Below are positions 17,802 to 31,780 of a stretch of DNA of 64,000 nucleotides, in pieces. The position numbers were made by a program, and so were the translations under genes. Positions within the stretch are counted from its first letter, which is position 1; every line of letters begins with the position of its first letter. Origin of the DNA: the human T2T-CHM13v2.0 reference genome, Homo sapiens; the NCBI RefSeq assembly GCF_009914755.1, contig NC_060927.1, one strand, 5' to 3'. The notes under the pieces were generated by a model. The model ran no database searches and had not been told where the DNA came from. It saw only the letters and a program-made list of their open reading frames with translations.

Positions 17802-18190
17802 GTACGTCAATGCCCGTCAGTACAGAGGGCCACAGGTTTAGGATTCTTGGAATGGGCTCTCTCTACTTAACACAGCCTTTGGACACCTGTGTAATAGATA
17901 AGAGTTCCCAGTTGGCAAGAGTTGTGTCATTTATCTCTAAAGTTCTTGGCCCAGGGCCTGACACAGGTTTTTTTTGGTGTTTTGGTTTTTATGCTAGTGA
18001 ACAAGTAAGCCATTGCTGGGTGGTTTCAGTGAGTGCTGTGGCCTTTTCCCCATTCTATAGGGGTGGAATGAAACAGCTTGTTTTGTATCCCAGTATGTAC
18101 CTTATCTGTGGCACTATTCTCATTCCTCTGTCTCCTGCCGGTCCCCACAGTGATAGGGAGAACAGTACCACCTGCCTAGAGTCCTCTAAG

Positions 18191-18376
18191 TCAGGAGTTG
18201 GTAAATGCTGCTGGCCACACATTTTTATAAGTGAAGTTTTATTGGGCCACAGCCATGCCCATTCATTTAAGTATTGTCAGTGGTTGCACTGTGCTATAAT
18301 GGCAGAGTGGTTGTGGGAGAGACCACTTGGCCTACAAAGCCTGAAATATTTATTATCTGGCCCTTGAGAGCCCCTG
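18191..18376. mobile_element. MER58-like hAT-Charlie fragment
   Basis: gttttattgggccacagccatgcccattcattta...aaagcctgaaatatttattatctggccctt. Confidence 0.7.
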
Positions 18377-18416
18377 CTGCAGCCACCTGGAGCCTGCAAG
18401 TTATACAAGTTGTTAA

Positions 18417-18752
<336 letters not shown>

Positions 18753-20648
18753 CCAAAGCCAGATTTTAATAAACAGTTTGGAATCAAAGATAATACAGAG
18801 GAAAGAGGCATTTGCTTTTTTCTGATAATGATTAATTTCTATAAGAGGTCCTGACTGTAAAAACAAGGAATATTTCCACAAATTAAAGGTCAGAAGTTAT
18901 TTAATTTGTTGAATGAAACAGTTGGGTATGTTCGAAAGAGAGTATGCTCTAGGAGGCAAAAAAGGGGCTCCCATCAGGAGGGCCCTTTCAGGATTTGATC
19001 CAGTTCCCTGACTTCGGGGAAGAGAAGCCTGTTGGCTGGACCTGCAGACCCCTGCTGTGTGTCTTCGTGCCACACACATGCCCACTGGGAGGCTCTGATC
19101 CCTGAGAAGGGCAGTGTCTGTATAAAGGACACTTTAGAGTGTTTTACATTACTGGAAAGAAAGGTTTATAAAAATAAACCCAGGTTCTTAATTTTGGTTT
19201 AAGCACAATTTTCTATAAGTTTCCAAATGTATTATGGTTCTTTACAGTATTGACTCACAGCTACTTAAATGACCTAAACATGTGGTGGAGACGGGACACT
19301 TGCTGTTTCTGCTACAGACACTGACTTTTGGAATGTGTAGAAAATGATTTTTCACTTTTGAGTGGGTAAAAGGCTGTTTGTATCTCTCTGAATTGGCCTT
19401 ACGTTCTTAGCTTAAATAAATACATATATACATGTAGTAGTGTCATCTAGGACTACTTAATATAAATTCAATTATAAATCCAAAAGGTAGTGCAATTTAA
19501 ATGGTTCAGGTGACTCCAGTTTGCCAGTTTGTTGGTTTCCCGATAGCTGGGTGAGCGTCTTGCTGTCCTCTCAGCTAGCCTCACTCCGTGCTTGCTGCTC
19601 ACATCATGAGAAGCTGCTTGTTCTGAGGGTGACTCCTGAGTTCCAACACACACCTTTCTCTCACAATACATTTCCAAACCCAAGCCAACTCCTGTATTTA
19701 GTACTTGGCTGAAGAAACTAATAAGTCATTCTACCCTTGAATTTCACCTTGGATACTTCCTTTGTAATCTCATGCCTCAGCCTGCCCTGCCCCCATTAGT
19801 TGTGACCCCAGTGTACATTTTGAAAAATGGTGTCTCTTGCTTCTTTCCTAAGTGTTCATTGTGTGAGTATTTTCAGTAACTACAGAAAGTTTCTGAAAAC
19901 GTAGTTACGTATTTCCTGGCCTTGTGGAATCCGCCAAAGCCAAAGCACGCTCCTAGTATGTATGTCCTGTGACAGGTCAGCTACAAGAGAGTGGGCAGGG
20001 CTGTGGGCCTTGGTGGGCCTTGTGTCCCAGCACCGTGTCTAGCCAGACTAGGTACTCGGTGAACATTACTTTTTAAACGGATCAATGACTACATTGATTT
20101 TATTCAAAGCAATTGATGGTGACATGCTTTCAATTTCTTTAATAATTCTGTAGTGCCTAAATTGCCAGTAAATGCAGAGGGAGTATGAAAATAAAAACAT
20201 TTGCTAAGTTTTCTGACTGATATTAGTACTTCAGTGCACATTCATGTAACACAGACTTCGTCTTCATGTACTTCTAGTGGAAGCAAGTAAACCACCTGAA
20301 CAAATACAAACACTGTACACACAAATTCAAATTTTGAATAATGCGTGCACTTATTATCTTATGTGTCTAAAACTGACGTCTAACTCAGCTGCTGTTGGCA
20401 TTTTGGATTTTTCTCTCATTTACGAAAAATCTTCATAAAAATATGAACATTTTTATGCAGTTGTTTTTAGAACTTTGAGTGACCTAAATAACTACTAGTT
20501 TGGTTTTTTTCTGGTTTGCATTTTTTGCATAATTTTAAAGATTCCAGCCATTGAATTTAACTTGCTTGTACTTTTAAAAATCAATTCTGCTTCTTGTAAA
20601 AAAACCTCCTGATATGGCTGACGTTTGCTCTCACCTTGTTTTCCTCAG

Positions 20649-20783
20649 AGCCCTGGAAACCAACAGGTATAACCATATCACAGCCACATACTTCCTGCTG
20701 GCTGAAAGGATCCTGAGAGAAAAGCAAGAGAAAGAAATACAGACCAGATCTGCAAGCCCGAGCAATATCAAGGCCCAGTTTAG
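20649..20783 (+). CDS. SNRK: SNRK internal coding exon (end of UBA domain)
   Basis: Acceptor ttgttttcctcag|A and donor AG|gtgaga. The 135 nt encode [44 protein letters not shown](R). [11 protein letters not shown] is the MARK/SIK-like UBA helix 3 motif. Confidence 0.97.
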
Positions 20784-21239
20784 GTGAGAAAAAAATCTTC
20801 ACTGATTTTAGTAAGTTTAACGTTTTGAAATAGCGAACTTTTTTTTTTTTTTTTAATGCTTCCTAACTCTTTGGGGCAAGAGAGTACAAACAGTGATGAC
20901 GGCCTCATTGGAGAGGCCACACACGGGCTCTTCAGGTGTACATGAGGGTCTGGGTTCCCTCGTCACCAGGGATGCCGTCCCCTTCTGGGCTCAGTGGGGA
21001 CCGGGGCTGTGTCTGTTGGCATGGTCAGGAAAACATGTTTGGAGAAGCAGCCTCAAGCCAGAGTGTCTTGCTAGTTATTTTCATTAAATTCTTCCAAATC
21101 CAACATGTATTAATCTGTTATTTTCTTTAGTTTTTCATTCTAGGAACAAGGCTGAATTTTCCCTCAGTTATTTGAAGTAATTTTTAAAACTAAATAGAGT
21201 ATTGCTATGCCACAGTGTTCTCTCAGGATTTCCGGGATT

Positions 21240-21410
21240 GGATAGTCAACATTAGCTAGTTGATTTCTTAGCTGCTTGACCTTGGGAGGTTGCTTAACCT
21301 CTCTATGACTTAGCTACCCGATCTGTAAAACAAAAGTAACAATGCTATTTACCTCATGGGGTTGTGGAGAGGAATGATGAATTAATATATGTAAAGCACT
21401 TAGAACCAGG
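21240..21410 (+). mobile_element. MIR
   Basis: MIR core gaccttggg...cttaacctctct...atctgtaaaa...atgtaaagcacttagaac. Confidence 0.7.
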
Positions 21411-22295
21411 GCTTTGTGTGTTTGCCATCACTGCTGGGAATATTTTACCACCATTGTCTTCAATAAAGTCATGAACGTGCTGCTCCCCAAGCCTTTTCTA
21501 ACCCCCTCTCTCCTCCTCCTCCTCTCCCCCAGCCTTCCCACTTTGCTTTTCTGCCAGAGTAACTTTCCACTTAAAATCAAAGCATGGAAAGGGCTTACTT
21601 TTTTCATTATCATCATGAAATTTATTTCGAGTTTATGCACTCAGATAAAGTAACCCATGGAACTGTAGTTCGAAAACAGAAGAGTGCTGCTGATTCTGAG
21701 TAAATCTGTGTGTACCTCCAAGTATTTATGAATATATGTGTGTGAATATTATTGTGAATAATAATATTATGATTGTAAAAGATTAAGAAAGCCATTTCGA
21801 TTTTAAGTTACTTGCAGTTGGCTCGCCATGTGAACTTTGTTGCTTGGGTGGAATGGCAGAGTAGGGGGAGGAAAACATTCCCAGCTTGCCAAACAGTAAA
21901 GATTTAGAAGTCTAGTTTAACTAGAACATGAATTTAGTAACTTTATTCATATCTTGGATGCATTCCTCTGTAATAAAAACTAGGCACACTGTCTAGTGTC
22001 TGCTTAGAAGAGGACTGAACCCAGGGAGTGAGGAAATTCTTGGGGATGAGATAAACCAGAGACTGATGCTCAGAGGTTACGGTCAACCTAGTCCTGACCT
22101 GAGCTCCCTGGCAAGAAAGAGTAACCCCAAGGCAGATCATCACTACTCGCCAGGTGCACCGAGACTGGAGCTACCACCAGGCTTCTGGAAGAGAATATTT
22201 AGATTTGAACTCTCTTCTATTCAGTGAAACATACCAGAACTCAGTCTAAAGCTGATTGTATATGTGAGACCAACATTAGCTATAAAGAAATAGTA

Positions 22296-22426
22296 GGCCA
22301 GGCACAGTGGTTCAACCCTTTGGGAGGCCAAGGTGGGAAGATCCTTTGAGCCCAGGAGTTCATGACTAGCCTGGGCAACATAGACCCTGTCTCTATAAAA
22401 ATTAAAAATAAAAAAAATTTAAAAAT
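22296..22426 (+). mobile_element. FLAM/Alu left monomer
   Basis: Single Alu arm with A tail. Confidence 0.8.
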
Positions 22427-23899
22427 ACCAGAGCTTTCTGAACTGTTTTCCTTTTGCTGTCATGGAGACTCTGAAGTGGAGAAGCTATGAGCACCTTTTT
22501 TTCTATGGCACAGGGCCCACTGGCAGTGGCAGTGTCTCCTGACTTGCCTTCTCTTTGTTGTCACTGTAACGTTATCGACAAGACCCTGGACCTCCCTTGG
22601 TTCCATTGCTGGGTATGCCTTGTGGTCAGAATGACCTAGGAGGTAGAAACCTGGACTGAGTCAGGAGACTGTATTTAAAATGGCAACTAGCTGGGCAGGG
22701 ATGGAGGAAGAAGGGTCAGGCCAGTGAGAACCACAGCCACAGAGAACAGATACATGCTCTGTGGCCAGTGGGTAGTCTGGAAGAATTTGTGACAGGCCAG
22801 TTGAGATGAGTGGTTAACAGGAGACTGATATCCAGTCTCCTAGCCGGGCTGGGTGTCTTCACAAGCAGTTCGGTAGGCAGAAAGAAACAGGGATTTGGCC
22901 TGCAGGTTCTGGAGTCCAGGGGCAGGGTCCTAGACCTGGAATTGAGGGAGAACACAGGGACTCCACTAGAGAATGAAGTCCCAGATGCCATCTCAAGAAT
23001 GTAGGTATAAGATGTGGCTTAGCTGAAAGGAGTGGTGTTGGTACAGATAGGATCCTGCAGCAGTGAGGTGGTGTGGTATTGGGAGTTGTCAAATCAAGTA
23101 GCTTAAGGTTTCTTAAATTCTAGAACAGATTCTGTTTCAGATATAGTAGCACTAACTTTGTTAAAAATATGAATAATTGTAGGGCTGCCCCAGTACATTC
23201 GTATGGAAGAACATGAGGTCTGAGAGAAGGGCCTAGGCATTTAGAATTATTTCTAATTGAGAACTCTTAGGACTGACTGTGTCCGGGGCCTGTCTGCAGA
23301 CTCCGGAGACTCTTCCTCCAGCCTGCCCTGTAGAGCCGAGGACAGCACTGTTGGAACTCTCTAGGGAGGAGCCAGATAGCAGGGTAGGCATCTCATAGAC
23401 TGCACCCAGATAGTTCTGGAATGGAAAACCAAGAAGTTAACCCATAAGCAGGACGTGGCCACACAGTGTTAGTCATTGTTCGGTTATGACCACTTCAGAG
23501 AATACTGCTTCTTAGCTTCAAATTTAAATTTTTTTTTAATGACAGGTTTATTTTATTAAAGGGGAACCTGTGCAAAACAAAAGAAAACTTGCACATAGCA
23601 AGTCTAGTAGATATTCCACATACAGTGGCCACTGGTAAAATTTTGTTCCTGCTTTATTATTATAACTATATGACTATACCCCCCTGGGGAGAGAGGATAG
23701 TTGACAGTTCAGAGACGTTTATTCAGAATAGCAGCTAGAGAGCCTCATTTAAAAAATTCATCTTCTTTGGGTACCAAGCAGTATTCTTGTTACTTTGGCA
23801 ACTCCAGCTCCAGGTTGGGAGATAAAATGAAAGTTTAAATAATGGTGAATTTTGTTATTCACTACTCTTGTATGGGCATTTAAAAATATACTTATTTAA

Positions 23900-24053
23900 G
23901 GCTGGCACGGTGGTGTGCGCCTATAGTCCCAGCTATTCGAGAGGCTGAAGTGGGAGGGTTGCTTGATATCCCAGGGGGTCAAGGCTGTAGTGAGCTGCAT
24001 TCATGCCCTTGCACTCCAGCCTGAATAACAAAGAGTGAGACCCTGTCTCAAAA
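23900..24053 (+). mobile_element. FRAM/Alu right monomer
   Basis: Single Alu arm. Confidence 0.8.
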
Positions 24054-24643
24054 GCCAGATATTTATATTTAACTTAGTTTTTTTTAATTGGAGAAGAGAT
24101 TTTTATATGTTTTTGTATGATGTATACGTGTTATAACTTTTTTAAAATTCAGATCCATTAAACTGTTTCCATTTCATTTTATAAACACCAAGTTCTTACC
24201 CCATGGTAAAATCAGGAGCCCTGGAAATTTCAGGTGAATTTTATTTGTAGTAATATACCTTTATGTGATCTAAGAACCAAAGAAACAAGACGTGGTGTTC
24301 AGGTTTTGCTTTGCCAATAACCTCCATGGGCTTCTAAAAAATGTTTAGTATAAAGCTTTTGTATAGAAAAGATGGAGTAGCTCTTTGCCCTATTTTCTTT
24401 TCTGACACCTGTGATGAAGTTTTCACTTGGCCAATAAGCCACAAACTGAACCATGTTTCAAAACCACATTTGCCCTTCTGGTGGCCTTGCTGATGTTTAC
24501 AGGATGTTGAATGGGTTTGCAAGGCTGCTGCTTTTTTCTTTAAGTCTGTAGATTTTGTCCCAGTAAGTTCATTGTGATGTACTTTACTATCATCTGCATA
24601 ATGATTATATGGCTTTTTTCCCCCCAATCTATCTGTTACATAG

Positions 24644-25862
24644 GCAGTCATGGCCAACCAAAATTGATGTACCCCAGGACCTTGAGGATGACCTCACGGC
24701 CACTCCTTTGTCCCACGCGACTGTCCCTCAGTCTCCTGCTCGGGCTGCTGACAGTGTCCTCAATGGCCACAGGAGCAAAGGCCTGTGTGACTCAGCTAAG
24801 AAAGATGACCTCCCTGAGTTGGCTGGACCAGCACTCTCTACGGTGCCACCCGCAAGCTTAAAACCCACAGCCAGTGGGCGGAAGTGTCTGTTCAGGGTGG
24901 AAGAAGATGAAGAGGAAGATGAGGAGGACAAGAAACCCATGTCCCTCTCAACACAAGTGGTTTTGCGCCGGAAGCCATCTGTAACCAACCGCCTGACATC
25001 CAGGAAGAGTGCGCCCGTCCTCAACCAGATCTTTGAGGAAGGGGAATCTGACGATGAGTTTGACATGGATGAGAATCTGCCTCCCAAGTTGAGCAGGTTA
25101 AAGATGAATATAGCTTCTCCAGGTACAGTTCACAAACGCTACCACCGGAGGAAAAGTCAGGGCCGGGGCTCCAGCTGCAGTAGTTCGGAGACCAGTGATG
25201 ATGATTCTGAAAGCCGGCGGCGGCTCGATAAAGATAGCGGGTTCACCTACTCCTGGCACCGACGGGATAGCAGCGAGGGGCCCCCTGGCAGTGAGGGGGA
25301 TGGCGGGGGCCAGAGCAAGCCAAGCAATGCCAGTGGAGGGGTGGACAAGGCCAGCCCCAGTGAGAACAATGCTGGTGGGGGCAGTCCCTCCAGCGGCTCG
25401 GGTGGCAACCCCACCAATACATCGGGTACCACACGCCGCTGTGCCGGCCCCAGCAACTCCATGCAGCTGGCCTCTCGCAGTGCTGGGGAGCTCGTTGAGA
25501 GCCTCAAACTCATGAGCCTCTGCCTCGGCTCCCAGCTTCATGGGAGCACCAAGTACATTATTGATCCACAGAATGGCTTGTCATTTTCCAGTGTGAAAGT
25601 CCAAGAGAAATCTACGTGGAAAATGTGCATTAGCTCCACAGGGAATGCAGGGCAGGTCCCTGCAGTGGGCGGCATAAAGTTTTTCTCTGACCACATGGCA
25701 GATACCACCACTGAATTGGAACGGATAAAGAGCAAGAACCTGAAAAATAACGTGCTGCAGCTACCTCTGTGCGAAAAGACCATCTCTGTGAACATCCAGC
25801 GGAACCCTAAGGAGGGGCTGCTGTGCGCATCCAGCCCAGCCAGCTGTTGCCATGTCATCTGA
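24644..25862 (+). CDS. SNRK: SNRK terminal coding exon (disordered C-terminal region)
   Basis: Acceptor ctgttacatag|G; 1219 nt to TGA within ORF 24609..25862, reading QSWPTKIDVPQ...SSPASCCHVI*. Exon phases chain correctly across all four exons. Confidence 0.97.
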
Positions 25863-28445
25863 CTGTGGCCCCATCTGGCCGCTAGCACGCTTCCTGCTCA
25901 GAGCAGTGAAGACCGGCTCACTTCACTGTTCCATTTGGTTTTACTATTTTAAAGTGGGCGTTAGGAGCAATTATTTATTACCTTTCCATTTGTTCGCCTG
26001 ATGATGTGACAATGCATGGTCTTTGTGCATGCTGCTAGACACTTTTCTTTCCCAGCCGAAAAGCCTATTATGTAATTTTTACATTCATAATTTTAATGTG
26101 GATGATCAGGATTAAATCAAGATATATATCTGGAACCTCTTATAAATGGAGCACTTAGAAATTTGTTGTTCTGCACTTAACCTAGAGAGAGAAAAAATGC
26201 TTTTTCTTTGTGAAAAATCTGAATTCCTGTCCTGACCTTCTGTGATGTGGAAACCCTAGGCTCTGAGACACACTCTCTGGTGTCTGAGACAGAACCAAAG
26301 CAATAACGTTGTGATGCCCACAGGCCTGGAGCCAGCTAGCGACCTTGTGCCGCCCAGCTGTCCATGGCCCGTGCAGAGCAGAGGACAGTGAGTGTCTGCA
26401 CTGAGAACCTTAAACCACAGTTGAACATACCCACACCTGTTTGTCTTAAGCTATAGTGTAAAAACAAAGTTTGGGCTCTGAAAATTTAACTGAAAAAGAT
26501 TTCCTTGTTTTTGTAATAGGTGAGATAAAGTACTTAGATTTATAAGGCAGCTTCCCCTGTAGTGATAAATTACAAGCAGACAATCTTATTTTGTAATGTG
26601 ATGAAGTGATGATGTCTTAACTCTACTTAGAGAGTGTATGTCTGTCTAACAGAACAAAAAGATGCTCTGTGTAAATTCCTTCCTGTAGGGCACACTGCAG
26701 GATTTCCATGTAGATAGAAGAACTATAGGGCCTAGTACAGAAGGTGCACACAAATGTTGGCAAAGTCAAAACCCCATGAATTAAAACCTACTGGAATTTG
26801 GTTTTTAGGAGTTTGGTAATTAGATTATCTCTTTTGTTATTTTCATTCAGTTATATCCTTTGGCTCAGCTAGCTTTGAAATTGGCTGATGAAAAAATATA
26901 CATAAAAGGGTAAAATTCACACATACAGCAAACAAAAATGCACAAAGCCTGCTTCGTAACTTTTTTTTCTGGAATTGTTTTTCACTTTGCCTTTTTCTGC
27001 CAAAACAATAATCAAAGAACTCTTGCTTTAACCTATTCCTGTACAAAGACTGTTTTTGACCAGATAATCATCTGTTGTGGCATTCTATCTTGTAGGACAC
27101 TGTATATTGCAAATTGCTGATTATGGAAGGGGCCAGTTGCTGTTTTTTCATGCAGTGCCCTGGGAGTCTTAAAAGCAGTGCTTAGCAACATTGGTGATAG
27201 CATGTGGCTGGGACCCAGGGCCCTTCCCCACTCTTCAGCCCCGAGTCATGTGTCTGAGGTGACGGACTGAGACGCATCTGGTCCTGTAATTCAGAGAGTG
27301 GGCACATCACCAAAGAACTGCATTGCTGTGGTCACTGTTTCTTCAAGTACACACTGACTCTGCTACTTTAGGATAAATATATTTTACTCAGAACTCTGAA
27401 TTTCACAGTATACTTACTAAACTAAGTAAAAATGATACTTAAAATACTTATTTTACTTTCTAGACCTAGGCTAGATGTTTTAAGCTACAGCTCTAGTTCA
27501 TTGTGATATTTATAATTTGAAAGCTATGAGAATAGATGTGTGGGTGAAGCCATAGAACATATTTGCTTGAAATTCTTGAGCAGGGATCTTATAAAGGGCC
27601 AGAAATAAGATGTGTGGTTCACATAGATAGTGAGCGTAACATCTGTATTAAACATAGGAGAGAAGTTTATAAAGGGCATTGGCAATAAACTCTTTGTTGC
27701 AGCTGTTTTCCAAGCAGTGTAAATACTTTTTCCTGTGATTATGTATAGCCTTGGAATGGCACCTTTTAACTAACCCATATGTGTTTGGTTTCAATGGTTT
27801 TTTATATTCAGATGTATATATGGTGCTCACTTTAGGATCAGCAGTGTTGACCATTTATGCTGCATAGCTGTATTATAGCCTTATTAGTTGTGTGGTTGAC
27901 CCTTGGGGTATACAAATGTCAGTCTGAGTGGTGTCTTACTCCTTTGTTTATAAGTGAATGATTGTGCATGTTTTGTATGTCATAGTATGTCGTCACATAA
28001 AAGGGAGGGAGCGAAAAACCATTACATTAAGATAATATTGGACCAAACTACTTACTTGCTCTAAACAGTTACTTGTACCCCTTAACCTGTCTTCAAAAGT
28101 TGCATATAGTTACAGTAGTGTATAAATTAAATATTGTGGAAAAACAGTCTTGTATTTTTCTGTATGTGTGTATATATATATATAATTATGTACTTCTGGC
28201 AATTCTATCTGTATTTAAAGATGTGACAATCTTGACACCAATTTTAAGAATAGCTGTGAGACCGAATTAAAGATAATCCCTACCAAGTGAAAATTGATGT
28301 GTGTTAAGAGGGTACAGAATTATCAACTGATTTGGTCAGTTGCTTCCAATGCTGGTTGATTTCCCTCATTGTGTAAACATTGACAGGTATGTGACAAATG
28401 GGAAAAAAAATCCAAATAATAAAGTGACATATTGGTGTTCAGCAA
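25863..28445 (+). other. SNRK: SNRK 3' UTR (~2.6 kb)
   Basis: AU-rich sequence with no recognisable interspersed repeats, running from the stop codon to AATAAA 28418-28423 and followed by a GU-rich element. The 3' end is approximate. Confidence 0.85.
28418..28423 (+). terminator. SNRK distal polyadenylation signal AATAAA
   Basis: AATAAA with a CA ~20 nt downstream, then GU-rich ccgtgtcctgtgttgtattg. Confidence 0.85.
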
Positions 28446-28959
28446 TATAAACCGTGTCCTGTGTTGTATTGCTTCTCATGAGTGTAGCTTTGTGTGATCC
28501 CACCTCAGTTAGACCCAGCCTTCTCCATGCCCTGTGCCTGCACCACCAGATTTGGCTGAAAAAGTACAGTCATTATTATGTTTAAACTCATGGCTACAAA
28601 TCATAGGTGGGGCCAGGGTGCCCATTAAGTATACTTACTTTATTTCTCTATTTCATCTCCTTTCCTCACTCTGCTGGTCACCATGCTGCCTAATTGAATA
28701 AAGGGAAGCAATGAGAACTGCCACAAGTTCCCACCTCTGCCTTCCTCCCTTCCTTCATACACATTCACATGCTCTGCCCTTCCTCCTGTTACTGTGATTC
28801 CAAGGTCAGCTACTCTTACTCAGTTCTCACAACCATTACCATAATTGACTTTTACAACCCCCCCCCCCGCCCCCCGCCAAAGAAATCTTGTGCCCTTTGG
28901 CATACTTTACCTTGTCCGCAACTCCCTTTACTCCAGCCTCATGCAACCACTTCCTGTGA

Positions 28960-31780
28960 TCAATTTTCAATCCCATGTTAGAATTTGATGAATTGCTCAC
29001 TTTCTTCCTTATGAACTTCCCATCTTTCAGTATCTCACTTCTGCCTTGCTGCTCTTCACGTCCACTGGTCCTTCCTCATTCTTCCAACCTCTAAATTTGG
29101 AATGTCCCAATGTTCAATTCTGGACCCCTGCTCTATCTGCAGTGACTCCTGATCTCAGTTAGTCTAGTATCTATATGCTGATAGAAGCCCAAAATATATT
29201 TAGCCCACATACCCTGGGAACACTGGATTTCAACTATCTATTTGACTTTTCTTCTTGGATGTGTCTGTGTGTCTACAGCATCTCAATTTTTACAAGTTCA
29301 AAACCCCTAATCTTTCCCCTCAAATCCTTTTACTAGCGCACCCATCTTAATAAATATCAACTCCTAGCCTTCAATAGTTTCATTCAAGCTGAAAATCTTG
29401 GTGTCATCCACTTTTTCATCCCAACATTCAGTTTATGAGCAAATCTTAACTTGCCTTTCACAGTTGACTCCTTCTCATTGCCACCACCACTACCACTCTA
29501 GTCCATGACACTCAACTGTAAATGCCTCTTAAAGGGTTTCCCTGCATTTGCCCTTGTCTTTCTCATTTATTTTCCACTTAGCAGTATGAGAGATCATTTT
29601 AAAGGCTAAATCATACCATGTTTTGAAACGTGTTTAGTTTCCAAATATTTGGGGTTTTCCCACATAGGTTTCTATAATTTTTAGTTTAATTCTATTTTTA
29701 TCAGTGCATGCTTTCTATAGTTTAAATCTTTTGAAATTACTGAAACTTGTTTTATGGCCCAACATACGACCTATCTTGGTGAATGTTTCCTGAGTGCTTG
29801 GAAAGTGCTATTGGTGGAGTGTCCTATACATGTCAGTTCGTTCAAGTTGGTTGATAATGTTCAAGTTTTCTATATTCTTACTGATTTTCTGTCTCAATTA
29901 TTGAGAGAGGAGTGTTGAAATCTCCAACTATAGTTGTGGATTTGTCTATTTCTCCTTTTAGTTCTAGCAGTGTTATTTTAGAAAATTTGAAGCTCTGTTG
30001 TTTGGTACATAAGCATTTAAGATTGTTACGTCATATCAATGAATTGATCCCTTTCCTCATGAAATGTTCCTTCTTTATGCCTGGTAAACTATTTGTTCTG
30101 AAATCTACTTTGTGTGATAGTGATACAGTAACTCCAGCTTTTTTTTGACTTGTGAGAATATATCTTTTTCCATTCTTTACTGTTAACCTATTGTGTCTTT
30201 ATGTTTAAAGTTTGTTTTTTGCAGATATCATATAGTTCGAGCTTGCTTTCTTATCCCATCAGCAAATGTCTGTCTTTGATTGAGGGTTTAGATGTATTAC
30301 ATTTAGTGTAATTGTCAATATGGTTGAGTTTAAACCTACCTAGTTTTCTATTTGTCTCGTCTGTTCTTTTTCCCTCTTTTGCTACCTTGTTTTGGTTTAA
30401 CTGAGCACCTTTTGTTACTCCATTTTATCTCCGCTATTGGCTTATTGGCTGTAACTCTTGTTTTTCAGGGGGTGCTATAAGATTTGCAATACATGTATTT
30501 TATTATATCACAGTCTATCTTAATATATCACTTCATGTAGAATATAAAAACCTTACAACTGTATGCCTCTATTTTCCTCTTCCTGTTCCTTATACTACTG
30601 TTGTCATACATTTTATTTTTGTATATGTATAAATATTGTTTTAACTAGTTTTTAAGGGATTAAACGGGGGGGGGGAGTATTTTAGCTACATATTTGTCAT
30701 TTGCAGCACTCTTCATTTCTTTGTGTAGATCCACAGTTTGGTTTTCCTTCTGCCTGTAGAACATTCTTTAACATTTCATATAATGCAGATCTGCTGGCAT
30801 TACATTCTGTCAGCTTTTGTTTTGAAAAATTACTTTTCCTTTATGAAAGATATTATCATTGGGTATAAAAATTCTTGATTCATTTTTATTGCAATGCTGG
30901 ACACTGAATTTTGCATTGTTGAATGCTGGAATTTTTTGTATTCGTGTGAGAAGTATTGGATTTCATTTTGGACTGCAGTTATTTAAAATCATTGGATCCT
31001 TCATGTCTCACTTTTAAACTGTTAGGGCAGATCCTGAGCAGTCTTCAGTCTAGGGCTAATTTGGCCCACTACTGAGGCAATACCTCTCTAGGGACTCTAT
31101 TGAGGCTTTTCTACTCTGGCTGGTAGGAACATGAACTATTACCAGCCTTGGGTAAGTTCTGAGCATTGTTCAGCCTGCTGCTTTCCAGTGGTTCTTTCTC
31201 CAGCCTCAGGTAGTTTTCTCATAAGTACTGATCAGTACTCAACCAAAGACCACAGATTTTCTTTTGGAGCTTGCTCACTATCTGTGCAGCTCCCTCCTCT
31301 CTGCCCTGCACATTGATCTTGAACTTCAAACTACCTGCTCAACTCAACCAGACTATTTGGGCTTTCCCTCTCTGTGTTCTGGCAACTGCCTTTGGGCAGT
31401 GAGCTGGGGCATTCAACTCAGGGCTCACCTCATTTGCCTCCCTTCTCTCGGGGTGACAGCCCTATGCTGTCTGTTGCTCAATGTCTGGAAACTATTGCTC
31501 CATATATTTTGTTTGGTTTCCTAGTTGTTTAAGGCAAGAGGGTCAATCAAATTCCTCTAATTCTATCCTGGCCAGAAACAGCAGTCTAAATAGTGGGTCA
31601 CTCCCCTGCTCAAAATCCTTCCATGGCTTTCCATCTCAGATTTAAAAGTTTAATCCTTGTGTGGTGGCCCACAAGGCCCTAGTGTGTCCTCTGCCCCAGT
31701 TATCACATCTGCTCCTCTCAACTTGCTCATTCAGCTCTGGCTGCAATAACCTCCTTGCTAGTCCTTGAACAGGCCAAACA
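28960..31780. mobile_element. L2 fragments flanking an antisense L1M (~29620-31590)
   Basis: L2 motifs (ctatatgctgat, gctcaaaatccttccatggctttccatct) surround T-rich L1M sequence. Boundaries are approximate. Confidence 0.6.

Noticed and set aside
24728-25888. Multiple antisense and alternative-frame ORFs (63-147 aa) over SNRK's last exon
   Set aside because: They are shadow ORFs of a GC-rich coding exon, with no splice or initiation context of their own.
23900-29300. SNRK antisense lncRNA, recalled to overlap the SNRK 3' end
   Set aside because: I cannot define exons or a promoter from the sequence, so it is not listed as a feature.
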